Positions 17,703 through 27,513 are shown, counted from the stretch's first letter. The stretch: DNA of 32,000 nucleotides from Psychrobacter cryohalolentis K5 (GCF_000013905.1 NC_007969.1:2490001-2522000); one strand, 5' to 3'. The notes: generated from the letters alone by a model not told the origin. Made by a program: numbers and translations.

Positions 17703-18317
17703 ATGACTACTCAGCAGCTTGCAGCTCAACGCTTACCTATGATTTTTGCGACCGGTCTACTCAGTGCTGGACTATTAATAAGCGGTTGTAGCGATAATAA
17801 CAAGGTAGAGACCCAGCCAGCAGACGAGACAACAGACGGCTCATCTGCCATAAATACTGTTAATAGCACGGATGATGTTGATAGTACACCTGATGTTAAT
17901 AAGACTGATAGCATAGCTAACAGTGATACGGCTAAGACAGATAACGACATCGTCAGTCAAGATATCAGCCCTATCGCAGCCGCAGTGAAAGAGCCAAGTA
18001 TATTAACCAATCGAACCGAAGCAGGTACGCCAGAAAATACCGTAAAACTAGCACTGGATACATTATATTATGGCGACGTTAAAAAAGCGGCGTCATACTA
18101 TAAAGTCGATATGGAGAATTTCGCTGAAGAGTTAAAAAATACCCAGTTTGCCTTTAAGCAGACGGTTGAAGCGGTCACTATTATTGATACCAAGTACAAT
18201 AGCGATAAAACAAAAGCCACGGTCACAGGTGAGCTAAGATTAAAAGGTCAAAGTGAGCCTGCGCCTTTGGCTTATGAGCTGCAAAAAATCAATGGTGAAT
18301 GGAAAATTTTGGGGTAA
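17703..18317 (+). CDS. Putative lipoprotein with a D/T/N-rich linker and a small C-terminal globular domain (possibly DUF4878/NTF2-like)
   Basis: Lipobox LLISG|C after MTTQQLAAQRLPMIFATGLLSAG. The C-terminal domain ends ..QKINGEWKILG. The track ORF starts at 17634, and the ATG at 17703 gives a proper signal peptide. The domain assignment is tentative. Confidence 0.65.
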   Translation: MTTQQLAAQRLPMIFATGLLSAGLLISGCSDNNKVETQPADETTDGSSAINTVNSTDDVDSTPDVNKTDSIANSDTAKTDNDIVSQDISPIAAAVKEPSILTNRTEAGTPENTVKLALDTLYYGDVKKAASYYKVDMENFAEELKNTQFAFKQTVEAVTIIDTKYNSDKTKATVTGELRLKGQSEPAPLAYELQKINGEWKILG

Positions 18318-18356
18318 AAAATGCTTGTTTAAAGCAGGAATGTCACCATAGCTATC

Positions 18357-18992
18357 TTAGATATTATTGTCATTATCTAGCACCCGTTTACCCAGCATCA
18401 CCACATCAGCGATAAATCCATCCATATCACAGACTTGTGGCATCAACCCCCATTGCTCAAAGCCAAGCTTACGAAATAACCCCAAGCTTGGCTGGTTATG
18501 GGCAAAAATAAGCGCTGCAACATTACGAATACCGAGGCTTGGCGCTTGCTGCAACATCCAGCGAAGCAATAAACTACCTAGACCTCGACTATGATAGTTA
18601 TTATGAATATAAATGCTGATCTCGCTACTAATATGATAAGCCGGACGCGCATACAAATCACTAAAGCTGCCCCATGCGACAATTGACGGGTGTTTTTTAT
18701 GCATATCGTCTTCCACAGCTATATCTATCATTCTAACGACATAGATAGGTCGTGTTGCACTCTCGATATGTTCTACAAACCAAGCTGCCCGCTCTTCATA
18801 AGTCACTGGTTCTAGATTGGCTGTTGCCTGCTTACCAGCAATACTTTGATTATAAATGGCTAAAACTTCAGATAAATCATTTGCAGTCGCATACTGCACC
18901 ATAAATGTATCGCCAAACTTATTCGTCAATATAGGCAAATTAGCCCGATCAAAAATAGGTTTAGAATGTGGGTTAGCTGTTATTGCAGACAT
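18357..18992 (-). CDS. GNAT family N-acetyltransferase, phosphinothricin/methionine-sulfoximine acetyltransferase-like
   Basis: The acetyl-CoA motif A is HSRGLGSLLLRWMLQQA, followed by ...IFAHNQPSLGLFRKLGFEQWG. The overall size and the ..YNQSI......T..LEPV motif are typical of PAT-like GNATs. GGAGGTG lies 4 nt upstream of the ATG. Confidence 0.8.
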   Translation of the reverse strand: MSAITANPHSKPIFDRANLPILTNKFGDTFMVQYATANDLSEVLAIYNQSIAGKQATANLEPVTYEERAAWFVEHIESATRPIYVVRMIDIAVEDDMHKKHPSIVAWGSFSDLYARPAYHISSEISIYIHNNYHSRGLGSLLLRWMLQQAPSLGIRNVAALIFAHNQPSLGLFRKLGFEQWGLMPQVCDMDGFIADVVMLGKRVLDNDNNI

Positions 18993-19247
18993 AGCACCTC
19001 CGTAATGGGTTATTCATCGTTAATAGTTTGATCACCCTATAAAGCGATATCTAGGTAGTCAAACAAGCTTCAGTCAGTAAAATAACTGTGATATAAAACG
19101 GACAATACCGTTCTGCCATTATCAGCAGACTATAGGATGTTAGTCTGGCTATTTTACTTTATAATGGCTGATTTTAAACACATCGATTTTATATCCAAAT
19201 GTGTTTTTCATTTTTTATCTGGTTTCATCTATCATAGCTGAACATTT

Positions 19248-20291
19248 ATGAATACCTATTTTCTTGAGCAACTGCTGGCGTCTTCAGACGCTTCGCCTAC
19301 CAATACCAACCCAGTAGCTTTAGCGCCCTGTGTGCTCACTATTGGCAATTTTGATGGCGTGCATTTGGGACATCAAGCGATGCTTACTCAAGTGCGCGAA
19401 CTTGCAAAGACGCGTAATCTTGGCTCTGCCGTGATGATATTTGAGCCACAGCCAAGAGAGTTCTTTGCTCCTGCTGCTGCCCCAGCCCGTTTAACCAATC
19501 TTGCTGAAAAGCAAGCGTTGCTAGCAGAATATGGCGTTGAAACCTTGATTGTGGCAGGCTTCGACAACGAATTTCGCTCATTATCAGCGCAGGCATTTGC
19601 AGATATTTTAGCACAGCGTTTAAATGTACAAGCCTTGGTATTGGGTGATGATTTTAAATTTGGGCATGATCGTACTGGTGACAGTCAGTTTTTACGCGAT
19701 TATGGTTTGCATGTGACCAATCTAGATACGATTACTGACGATAATCATAAAGCAGCACGCATCAGCTCCACTCGTATTCGGGATCTCTTATTGGCAGGTG
19801 ATATCAATGCGGCTAATGCATTACTTGGTCGAGATTACGCTATTACTGGCACGGTCGTTGGCGGTGATAAAATTGGTCGCACCATGGACTTCCCGACTGC
19901 TAATATTGACCTAAAACGTATTAAGCCTGCCTTACATGGTATTTTTGCGGTCGATGTGGTTAGCCTAGATAATGATGGCAATGTTATACCAAGCGATTTA
20001 GTCAGACGTGCAGATGATGGTCATAAAGGTATAGCAGGTTTGCAGGCACACAGTTTGTTTGGTACTGCTAATATCGGCACTAGACCTTCCGTCGACAAAA
20101 CCCATGATTGGCGTTTGGAAGTACACTTTCCACAACTGCAAGCCGACTTATATGGTTTAACCTTGCAGGTGCGTTTTTTGCATTATTTGCATGGAGAACG
20201 CCATTACGAAAGTTTGGATGCGCTAAAAGAAGGTATTCATCATGATGTACAAGAATTGATTGAATGGCGAGACAAGCAAACGGACGGTTAA
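19248..20291 (+). CDS. ribF: Bifunctional riboflavin kinase / FMN adenylyltransferase
   Basis: LTIGNFDGVHLGHQAML is the FAD synthetase nucleotidyltransferase motif. GDDFKFGHDRTGD, SSTRIR.LL..GD, GRT..FPTAN and the EVH...DLYG riboflavin kinase C-terminus are also present. Confidence 0.95.
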   Translation: MNTYFLEQLLASSDASPTNTNPVALAPCVLTIGNFDGVHLGHQAMLTQVRELAKTRNLGSAVMIFEPQPREFFAPAAAPARLTNLAEKQALLAEYGVETLIVAGFDNEFRSLSAQAFADILAQRLNVQALVLGDDFKFGHDRTGDSQFLRDYGLHVTNLDTITDDNHKAARISSTRIRDLLLAGDINAANALLGRDYAITGTVVGGDKIGRTMDFPTANIDLKRIKPALHGIFAVDVVSLDNDGNVIPSDLVRRADDGHKGIAGLQAHSLFGTANIGTRPSVDKTHDWRLEVHFPQLQADLYGLTLQVRFLHYLHGERHYESLDALKEGIHHDVQELIEWRDKQTDG

Positions 20292-20328
20292 GTAGTGACC
20301 CTTTTAAGCAAATCATTGATAAATAAAA

Positions 20329-20358
20329 ACCCACAACCTTTAAAGTTGTGGGCTTTTT
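20329..20358. terminator. Bidirectional intrinsic terminator shared by convergent ribF (+) and the DUF2789 gene (-)
   Basis: AAAAACCCACAAC-CTTTAAA-GTTGTGGGCTTTTT. The perfect 8-bp GC-containing stem is 20330-20337 / 20345-20352, flanked by an A-run and a T-run. Confidence 0.75.
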
Positions 20359-20405
20359 AATGGCTGGTTTATTATCAGGATATTTTTTATTGCCTAACTG
20401 ATAAC

Positions 20406-20645
20406 TTACGCCTGTGGGTGCAAACGTACATTCAACTCATCAATCACTTCTACCCACGCTGCATCTTTTTCCCATTCTTCTTGTAGGAACATACGTTGAT
20501 TGTCATTCCAGATACTGGCTTCTATCAATTTTTCTTCTTTTGCTAATTGATTGTTTTCAATAAAATGATCAATCGCTTCGTCTGAGCTCTCAAGACCCAA
20601 CTGAGCAAACAGCTCATTCATATTATATTCAGGTTCGCCTAACAT
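20406..20645 (-). CDS. DUF2789 family small protein (79 aa)
   Basis: The ELFAQLGLESSDEAIDHFI...... pattern, followed by FW/IW..Q..FL.E....DA.W..VIDELN, matches my memory of the DUF2789 consensus. AAGGAGAA lies 5 nt upstream of the ATG at 20643-20645. Confidence 0.7.
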   Translation of the reverse strand: MLGEPEYNMNELFAQLGLESSDEAIDHFIENNQLAKEEKLIEASIWNDNQRMFLQEEWEKDAAWVEVIDELNVRLHPQA

Positions 20646-20854
20646 ACATTTTCTCCTTAAATGGCAAAATTTACTTATGCTTATTATTTAAATTAACCTG
20701 ATTATTGTAGCAAGCTTTATAGTAATAGCTGTTAATCAACGTTTGTCTAACGTTATCAATTGTATTAACCTTTAAGCATTATGCGGAAATAGGCATCACA
20801 AGTAGGCTATTTATTGATAAAACATAAATAATGCTGACAGCACGCTAAAATTCA

Positions 20855-20890
20855 AACAAAAAAAGCCCTCATGATAAATGAGGGCTTTTT
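20855..20890 (-). terminator. Intrinsic terminator downstream of mdh
   Basis: AGCCCTCAT (20864-20872) pairs with ATGAGGGCT (20878-20886) around a 5-nt loop. The minus-strand RNA is followed by UUUUUUUGUUUG. Confidence 0.8.
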
Positions 20891-20938
20891 ACTTAGTGCT
20901 AAATATAAACAGCCCTAATATGACAATAGCCTAAAAGC

Positions 20939-21928
20939 TTACGGTAATAAGTGTGCCACTGCATCACGCTCTTCGCTCAGCTCTTGCTCAGTGGCTGCCA
21001 TTTTCTCTTTTGAGAAATCTGATGACACATCAACACCATCTACGATAGACCAATCGCCGTTAGCACAAGTTACTGGGAATGAGTAAATCAAACCTTTAGC
21101 AATACCGTACTCGCCGTTTGAATAGACACCCATAGATACCCAATCATTCTCATCAGTACCCATTACCCACGTGCGTACATGTGCGATAGCCGCGTTGGCA
21201 GCAGAAGCAGCAGATGATGCACCGCGTGCTTTGATGATTGCAGCGCCACGTTGTTGTACTTCTGGGATATAAGTACCTTCATACCATGCGCGATCAACCA
21301 AGTCTAACGCTGGTTTGCCATTTACAGTGCTCGCCGTCAAATCAGGATACTGAGTTGATGAATGGTTGCCCCAGATGATCATTTTCTTCACGTCATTAAC
21401 CGTGCTGTCAGTCTTGCCAGCTAACTGTGCCATTGCACGGTTATGATCTAGGCGAGTCATGGCAGTGAAGTTACGTGGATCTAAATCCGGTGCGTTACGC
21501 TGAGCGATAACAGCGTTGGTGTTAGCAGGATTACCTACTACTAATACTTTAACATCACGGCTTGCAACATCATTCAATGCTTTACCTTGCGCTGAGAAAA
21601 TCGCAGCATTGGCTTCTAGCAAATCCTTACGTTCCATACCAGGACCACGAGGGCGTGAGCCTACGAGTAACGCATAATCGACATCTTTAAAAGCCACGGT
21701 CGCATCATCGGTTTGGACGACACCAGCCAATAATGGGAATGCACAGTCTTCTAATTCCATGACCACACCCTTTAGGGCGTCGAGTGCTGGAGCGATTTCA
21801 AGTAATTGCAGAATCACTGGCTGATCTTTGCCTAGCATCTCGCCAGAAGCAATACGAAATAACATAGCATAGCTGATATTACCAGCGGCACCAGTCACGG
21901 CAACGCGTACAGGCTGTTTCATTGACAT
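20939..21928 (-). CDS. mdh: Malate dehydrogenase (NAD-dependent, about 329 aa long type)
   Basis: [27 protein letters not shown] is the Rossmann motif. Also present are LLEI......L.GV.MEL.DCAFPLL, the [10 protein letters not shown] substrate loop, NPANTNA, LDHNRA and WGNHS with the catalytic His. AGGGAG lies 6 nt upstream of the ATG. Confidence 0.97.
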   Translation of the reverse strand: MSMKQPVRVAVTGAAGNISYAMLFRIASGEMLGKDQPVILQLLEIAPALDALKGVVMELEDCAFPLLAGVVQTDDATVAFKDVDYALLVGSRPRGPGMERKDLLEANAAIFSAQGKALNDVASRDVKVLVVGNPANTNAVIAQRNAPDLDPRNFTAMTRLDHNRAMAQLAGKTDSTVNDVKKMIIWGNHSSTQYPDLTASTVNGKPALDLVDRAWYEGTYIPEVQQRGAAIIKARGASSAASAANAAIAHVRTWVMGTDENDWVSMGVYSNGEYGIAKGLIYSFPVTCANGDWSIVDGVDVSSDFSKEKMAATEQELSEERDAVAHLLP

Positions 21929-22219
21929 TGAATACTCCCTAATTATTGATTAGATATTCACGATTCTAATTGGTGATTATCGATTTAGATAGCGACTTAC
22001 TCGCTGAATGCTTACTAGATTACTATAGTAGTCATAAACCGAGAGCTAGTGTAGCACTTCAGTCTATTAAGCGTCTAGATAAAGCAAGAAACCTATCCCT
22101 AACTATATTGTTACATTTTATACGATGATATATTTGCAATTTATATAGCAGGATAGAAATAGGTTAAACGTAGGGTATGCGATGTAAAAGGAGAGATAAT
22201 CAAACCAGACAAAGACGGA

Positions 22220-22879
22220 TTATTTACCGCCTGAAATAACGAATTTACTGCCACAATTGTCCACGACATTATGACAGTTGCCAAATTCACTGCCTTCATA
22301 ACAGACATGTACATCCGTCAATATCATTTGACGTTGCGTACCTGCCTGACAAATCAGATCGACACTAGCAGGAGTCATACCACTATTTAAGCTGGTCATT
22401 TGACCGATAAAACGAGATTTTAATACCGTATAACTATTGCCCGTGTTTAGCTCATTTGGCAGCTTGAGAGCGCCCGCATAGTTAGTGATTTGGCGGAAGT
22501 AATTACTGGAGCTTAATGGACTACAAGCGCCATAACGTTGCCACGCTTGGGTACGCACTGTGGTATCGGGCATAATACGGTTGACGACTTTTAGCTGTAG
22601 CGGTGTGATACGCGGTTCACTACCACGTCCGCAGCTTTCCCCATAACCCATGTCTAAACCTGACACAGTCAAAGAATAGCCTTCGAGACACTGACGCATA
22701 CGTGAACGCGTTGGTTGCAAGTTACATAATGCTGGTGTCATCTCAATCATCAGCACGCGATGACCACTTTTACTCGCGTTAGCCGCTTGGGCAGACATAG
22801 CCATTGTCCCTTGCAACAGTAGCAAAGTGGCGATACTAAAAGCTGTCCAACCGCTATAGTTATACTGTTTACTTGTCAT
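22220..22879 (-). CDS. Secreted RNase I / RNase T2-fold protein with non-canonical residues at both catalytic histidine positions
   Basis: Signal peptide: MTSKQYNYSGWTAFSIATLLLLQGTMAMSAQA/A. The protein is collinear with my memory of E. coli RNase I. YSLTVSGLDMG corresponds to FLTVHGLWPG (CAS I). AWQRYGACSP corresponds to YEYAKHGACFG (CAS II). VDLICQAG..ILTDVHVCY corresponds to VKLTCQGN..YLTEIQISI. The C-terminal NCGSKFVISGGK corresponds to NCGKTFVIDKAGY. The cysteine pattern is retained. The track ORF begins at a GTG at 22906, and I prefer the ATG at 22877-22879. Confidence 0.7.
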   Translation of the reverse strand: MTSKQYNYSGWTAFSIATLLLLQGTMAMSAQAANASKSGHRVLMIEMTPALCNLQPTRSRMRQCLEGYSLTVSGLDMGYGESCGRGSEPRITPLQLKVVNRIMPDTTVRTQAWQRYGACSPLSSSNYFRQITNYAGALKLPNELNTGNSYTVLKSRFIGQMTSLNSGMTPASVDLICQAGTQRQMILTDVHVCYEGSEFGNCHNVVDNCGSKFVISGGK

Positions 22880-23135
22880 ATTGTCACTTACGTACTCTGA
22901 TATCACTGTTTTTTGGCATCAAGCCCAGTTTGGTTTAAAGAGTTAACCGATGCCTAGCGTGCAACGATATAGGCAGATTGAGGTATTTTTATTATGTGAA
23001 GGTAAAGTATTGAGTAATTATAAAAATCAGCTTTTGCAAAATAGCTTCTAGATTCGAGTAGTATTACTCAAATTGGCTAATTAAGCTCCAAGCATCGATT
23101 GAGTACCTCAAAAACACCTTGTGAAAAAATCACTC

Positions 23136-23233
23136 ATAATGACAGCAATGGTAGCAAAAAAACTCTGTTAATCTATAGCAAAAACGTAAACATGCATGAT
23201 AGATGAATCATCTATGTTGACCATTGTCATTAT
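23136..23233. repeat. Nested inverted repeats in the slt / RNase-like intergenic region
   Basis: The outer arms are ATAATGACA(GC)AATGGT (23136-23152) and ACCATTGTCATTAT (23220-23233), complementary apart from a 2-nt bulge. The inner element is a perfect palindrome ATAGATGA-A-TCATCTAT at 23199-23215. Confidence 0.6.
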
Positions 23234-23284
23234 TAAAAAAATTTGGTCGTCAAAATACGATTGCTAAGCTAACAAATTGCAGCT

Positions 23285-23323
23285 GTAAAAAAACCATTAA
23301 CCTTTTATCGTTAATGGTTTTTT
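23285..23323 (-). terminator. Intrinsic terminator downstream of slt
   Basis: AACCATTAAC (23292-23301) pairs perfectly with GTTAATGGTT (23310-23319) around an 8-nt loop. A-runs and T-runs flank it on both sides, and it starts about 15 nt after the slt stop. Confidence 0.75.
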
Positions 23324-23336
23324 ACTATTACTCAAA

Positions 23337-25544
23337 TTAAAATGCGGCAGGTACGGTACCCATACGCTGAGTGATTGGCTGACCATTACCCAATAAGCTG
23401 CTATAGATGGTGGCATTTTCCATCACATGTTTGACATAATTCCGTGTTTCAGGAAAAGCAATAGACTCAACGTACTGATCCGCTGCCAATGAGCCATAGG
23501 TTGGCTGCCAACGCTTGGCATTGTTTGGACCAGCATTGTAGCCCGCCGTCGCCAATACAGGCTGACTGTTTAGCTTCCCAAAGATATCACCCATATACCA
23601 TGTACCATAACGGATATTGGTATCACCGCTATTGGCACGACTTGCGCTATATGTCTCGCCCAAATTGCGAGCAATATATTTTGCGGTATCTGGCATGACT
23701 TGCATAAGTCCACTTGCGCCGACATTTGAGCGCGCAGAGGCTACAAATCGGCTCTCTTGACGCATGATGCCATATGCCCAAGCGGGATCGATACCAGCCG
23801 ACTGGCTATAGCGTACTACAGCATCTTGGTGCGGCATCGGATGCGATATTGCAAGACTATTGACGTTGTCAGTATTGTCAATGGCATATATCGCACGGTC
23901 TAGCCAGCCCATATCATAGGCTTGACGCGCTGCTGCAATGATTAATTTTTCATCACGGTTATCACGTGCTTTTTTGACCGCCCAGTTCCACTCACGATTG
24001 GCATAAGCTCGGCTGGCATCAGCGTTATATAACGCAAATGCACGGGCAAAATGTTGATTTTGCATGACGCGCGCACGATCAGCGCTACTGACATTAGGTA
24101 AATTACTACCACCCAAACGGCTGGCATCAAAACGTTGACCAACTTTTTCCTTTGCCATCAAACCATAATATTCGTTACTTTTAGCGAGATTTTGATACAT
24201 TTTCTTAGCAGTATTGCGCTTGTTGCCATCATTTGACTGCTCATAAGCGCGTGCCAACCAATACTGCCATTGATTGGCTTTTTGGGTTTCGGCATCCATT
24301 CTTGAGATGGCTTCGACCACATCATCCCAGCGACTAAAACGAATCGCTGCCATGGCATAATATTCTGCTTCTTCAAAACTAAAGTCACTGTCTAAGCTGT
24401 TACGGAACCAGTCGACGGCTTCAACGTTAAAGCCATCATCGGTATTGTGATTCATGCGCTGTACACCAAGAGTACGATAAGCTGCGCGGCGAGTATCATC
24501 GGTTAACAGTTTGGCTGAACGCTGATTGTCTTGCTTTATATCAAACTCTAACTGCAACGCCGCCTCACGATAAGACTTTTCGGCGACACGTCCCATCGCA
24601 TAAAGATACAAATATTGATTGGTTTGGCTGGCAGGTTCGCGGGCGAAACGGCTAAAGAACGATGATGGATTAAGCTGGATGTCACTCAGTGATGCATAAG
24701 GAATGGGCATACCTAAGCGCGAAGATAACGCCATGATATCACCGGTTTTGCCTTTACGCAGCATACGTTTGAGGCGAGAGACTCTCTCTGGATTGCTAAT
24801 TAAGGCATTGTTATTCATCTCAAGCGCTAGCTGATCACATAGAGCTGGCTGTTTTTTGGTCGTCAACCAGACATCAGACTTCGCTGCCATAGCACGCATG
24901 GTATCGCCGCCATTATTAAACCCAAGCGCAACGGCGCACTTCTCACTGTCATCGGCATTGGTGATCAGATTTGCCACTTGGCGCACGGCAGCATAATCAT
25001 TTGAACCCGCTTTGGTTTCAGCAAAATCAGCGGCCAGTTTTTCTGCCATGACCGTATCTGGATATTGGCGCACAAACTGCGACACTGCCGCAGGGCTTTG
25101 CGAATTCAAATCTACATTCATCCGCCAGTAAGTAGGATACATGGCAAATAAGCCACCGCTCATAGCTTGCTCATAATTATAAAGCGCATTGACATCACCG
25201 CGCTCTGCCGCAATGGCTGCTGCGGTGAATGAACCCACCCCATTGTCTGGTTGATAAGCATTGTTTTGTTGAAAAGTACTTTGTTGAGAAGTGTTTTGTT
25301 GACTGTTTGGTTGATAGCCATCAGGCTGATAGCGCTCTACTTGATATTTGCCTTGTTGCTCAGAACTGCCGCTCTCACCCCATGTCAATTCTGCACAGGC
25401 TACTTGCGAAAAGCCCAAAGCACCGACAGCCGCTGCCAAGCTCAGCGCGCTTTTTTTAAGCGTCATTTTTTTAGAACTCTTATGTGTGTCATTTTGATAG
25501 GTGTTTTTATCAATCATATCAGGAGCAACCTGCGGCTTTTTCAT
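23337..25544 (-). CDS. slt: Soluble lytic murein transglycosylase (Slt70-like) with a Q-rich repeat after the signal peptide
   Basis: The C-terminal SLT domain has the catalytic Glu context (AYGIMRQESRF), plus GLMQVMPDTA and AGYNAGP. A long superhelical alpha-repeat region precedes it. The signal peptide is ALSLAAAVGALGFSQVACA/E. The start is either the ATG at 25544 or the one at 25466 (MTLKK...). Confidence 0.9.
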   Translation of the reverse strand: MKKPQVAPDMIDKNTYQNDTHKSSKKMTLKKSALSLAAAVGALGFSQVACAELTWGESGSSEQQGKYQVERYQPDGYQPNSQQNTSQQSTFQQNNAYQPDNGVGSFTAAAIAAERGDVNALYNYEQAMSGGLFAMYPTYWRMNVDLNSQSPAAVSQFVRQYPDTVMAEKLAADFAETKAGSNDYAAVRQVANLITNADDSEKCAVALGFNNGGDTMRAMAAKSDVWLTTKKQPALCDQLALEMNNNALISNPERVSRLKRMLRKGKTGDIMALSSRLGMPIPYASLSDIQLNPSSFFSRFAREPASQTNQYLYLYAMGRVAEKSYREAALQLEFDIKQDNQRSAKLLTDDTRRAAYRTLGVQRMNHNTDDGFNVEAVDWFRNSLDSDFSFEEAEYYAMAAIRFSRWDDVVEAISRMDAETQKANQWQYWLARAYEQSNDGNKRNTAKKMYQNLAKSNEYYGLMAKEKVGQRFDASRLGGSNLPNVSSADRARVMQNQHFARAFALYNADASRAYANREWNWAVKKARDNRDEKLIIAAARQAYDMGWLDRAIYAIDNTDNVNSLAISHPMPHQDAVVRYSQSAGIDPAWAYGIMRQESRFVASARSNVGASGLMQVMPDTAKYIARNLGETYSASRANSGDTNIRYGTWYMGDIFGKLNSQPVLATAGYNAGPNNAKRWQPTYGSLAADQYVESIAFPETRNYVKHVMENATIYSSLLGNGQPITQRMGTVPAAF

Positions 25545-26019
25545 ACTGACTCTCTTTTATAGTGGGTCTTATATAATTGGTCTTAAATAATATTTTAAAA
25601 AGGCTTTTAAAAAAGTGACTCTAATCAAATGATTCTAAAATATAGGTTTAAAAAATACATTCCTAAATTGATATTTTAGACAGATAGAAATCAGGATTTA
25701 TTCAATGACGCTAATAGGATGACATTCATCATACTATACTCGTTGCACTTTCAACCATAAGCTTTACTTTTCATTAATAAATTGGATAGCACCGCGTAAC
25801 ACGAAGGTGGTATTGCGTACAAATCGGCATCAATCATTATGTATCTTAGTTATAACCAAATAATCATCGATAAGCAATTGATACTATTATAAATAACCCA
25901 ATCTACTTATAATAATGAGCAGACGCTAACTTTTCACATTAGCGCGGGGTTGTGATAAAATATGTCACCTGTTAATCGGCTAGCCCGCTATATTTTTGGT
26001 CAATCATGGACTTATCCTT

Positions 26020-27513
26020 ATGAGTGTTACTGTATTCAATCCCCGCATCGATGACGCTGCTGCCTCTGACATTACCGCTGTCACGCCTGTGATCACCGCA
26101 CTCAATGAACTAAGTTCAGCACAAGCTCCTGTCGAAAAAGCAGCTACCAAAAAGGTGTTTGTCACCACCCAAGGCTGTCAGATGAATGTCTATGACTCGG
26201 GCAAAATGCTTGATGTGCTTGGTGACTCACATGGCATGGAAGTGACGCATAATATCGACGAAGCCGATGTACTGCTGATGAATACTTGCTCCATTCGCGA
26301 AAAAGCCCAAGAAAAAGTCTTTTCAGAATTGGGTCGCTGGCGCAAATTGAAAGAAAAACGCCCTGATCTTGTTATTGGTGTTGGTGGTTGTGTGGCTTCG
26401 CAAGAAGGCGATAACATTCAAAAGCGCGCGCCTTATGTCGATATGGTATTCGGTCCGCAAACGTTGCACCGTTTGCCAGAGCTGTATGACCAATCGCATC
26501 AACAGCGTGAGATTGCGCCTAAGAACCGTATTGGTACGGTGGATGTATCCTTCCCAAGTATCGAAAAGTTTGATTTTTTACCAGAGCCAAGAGTAGAAGG
26601 ATTTAAAGCTTTTGTTTCCATTATGGAAGGCTGCTCTAAGTATTGCTCATTCTGCGTCGTGCCTTATACACGTGGTGAAGAATTGTCACGTCCACTGGAC
26701 GATGTATTGGCTGAAATTGACAGCTTAGCGGCACAAGGTGTGCGTGAAATCAATCTACTCGGTCAAAACGTTAATGGCTATCGCGGCGAAAAAGACGATG
26801 GCAGTATTTGCCGTTTCGCAGAACTCTTACATTATGTGTCACACGTCGATGGTGTTGAGCGTATTCGTTATACAACCAGCCATCCGCTAGAGTTCACTGA
26901 TGATATCATTGACGCTTACGCGCAACTGCCAGAGCTGGTATCACACTTGCATCTGCCTGTACAAAGCGGCTCAAATGCGATATTGGCAGCAATGAAGCGC
27001 AATCATACGATTGATGTTTATATCAATCAAATTAATAAGCTCAAAGCCATACGCCCTGATATTCACTTATCAAGCGACTTTATTATTGGCTTTCCAGGTG
27101 AGACAGATCAAGATTTCCAAGATACGCTGAACTTGGCAAAAGAGTTAAACTTTGATCACTCTTATAGCTTTATCTATTCTAAGCGTCCAGGTACGCCAGC
27201 AGCAGAACTACCGGACGATGTGAGCTTCAAAACTAAGAAAGAGCGCTTGGCAGAATTCCAAAAAGTTATTATCGACTCAACGCTTGCTAAAACCCATGAG
27301 ATGGTCGGCACCACGACTCGCGTATTAGTTGAGCAAGTCGCCAATCGTCATCCTGATTGTTTAATTGGTACAGCAGACAATACCCGTACCGTAATGTTCC
27401 CTTACGATGTTGATAAAATGGATGAGATGTTGGGTAAAATTGTGAGTGTACGTATTACTGATTTTGTGAGTCCGCACATGGTAAAAGGCGAGATTGAAGC
27501 AGTTTTAGCTTAA
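26020..27513 (+). CDS. miaB: tRNA-2-methylthio-N6-dimethylallyladenosine synthase MiaB (radical SAM), 497 aa
   Basis: The protein is collinear with E. coli MiaB: [45 protein letters not shown], the radical-SAM CxxxCxxC motif ([17 protein letters not shown]), [15 protein letters not shown] and the TRAM C-terminus. The first ATG is at 26020; the track ORF starts at a TTG at 25996. Confidence 0.96.
   Translation: MSVTVFNPRIDDAAASDITAVTPVITALNELSSAQAPVEKAATKKVFVTTQGCQMNVYDSGKMLDVLGDSHGMEVTHNIDEADVLLMNTCSIREKAQEKVFSELGRWRKLKEKRPDLVIGVGGCVASQEGDNIQKRAPYVDMVFGPQTLHRLPELYDQSHQQREIAPKNRIGTVDVSFPSIEKFDFLPEPRVEGFKAFVSIMEGCSKYCSFCVVPYTRGEELSRPLDDVLAEIDSLAAQGVREINLLGQNVNGYRGEKDDGSICRFAELLHYVSHVDGVERIRYTTSHPLEFTDDIIDAYAQLPELVSHLHLPVQSGSNAILAAMKRNHTIDVYINQINKLKAIRPDIHLSSDFIIGFPGETDQDFQDTLNLAKELNFDHSYSFIYSKRPGTPAAELPDDVSFKTKKERLAEFQKVIIDSTLAKTHEMVGTTTRVLVEQVANRHPDCLIGTADNTRTVMFPYDVDKMDEMLGKIVSVRITDFVSPHMVKGEIEAVLA

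Noticed and set aside
18993-19247. Possible FMN riboswitch upstream of ribF
   Set aside because: I could not find the conserved FMN-element core helices or sequence blocks. FMN riboswitches normally control ribB, ribD or transporter genes rather than ribF. Only a simple AT-rich hairpin is present, and it is reported separately at low interest.
25229-25562. Two plus-strand ORFs (76 and 103 aa) over the 5' end of slt
   Set aside because: They are antisense to the Slt signal peptide and Q-rich region. Their hydrophobic, Leu-rich translations are what the reverse frames of a Gln-rich repeat produce.
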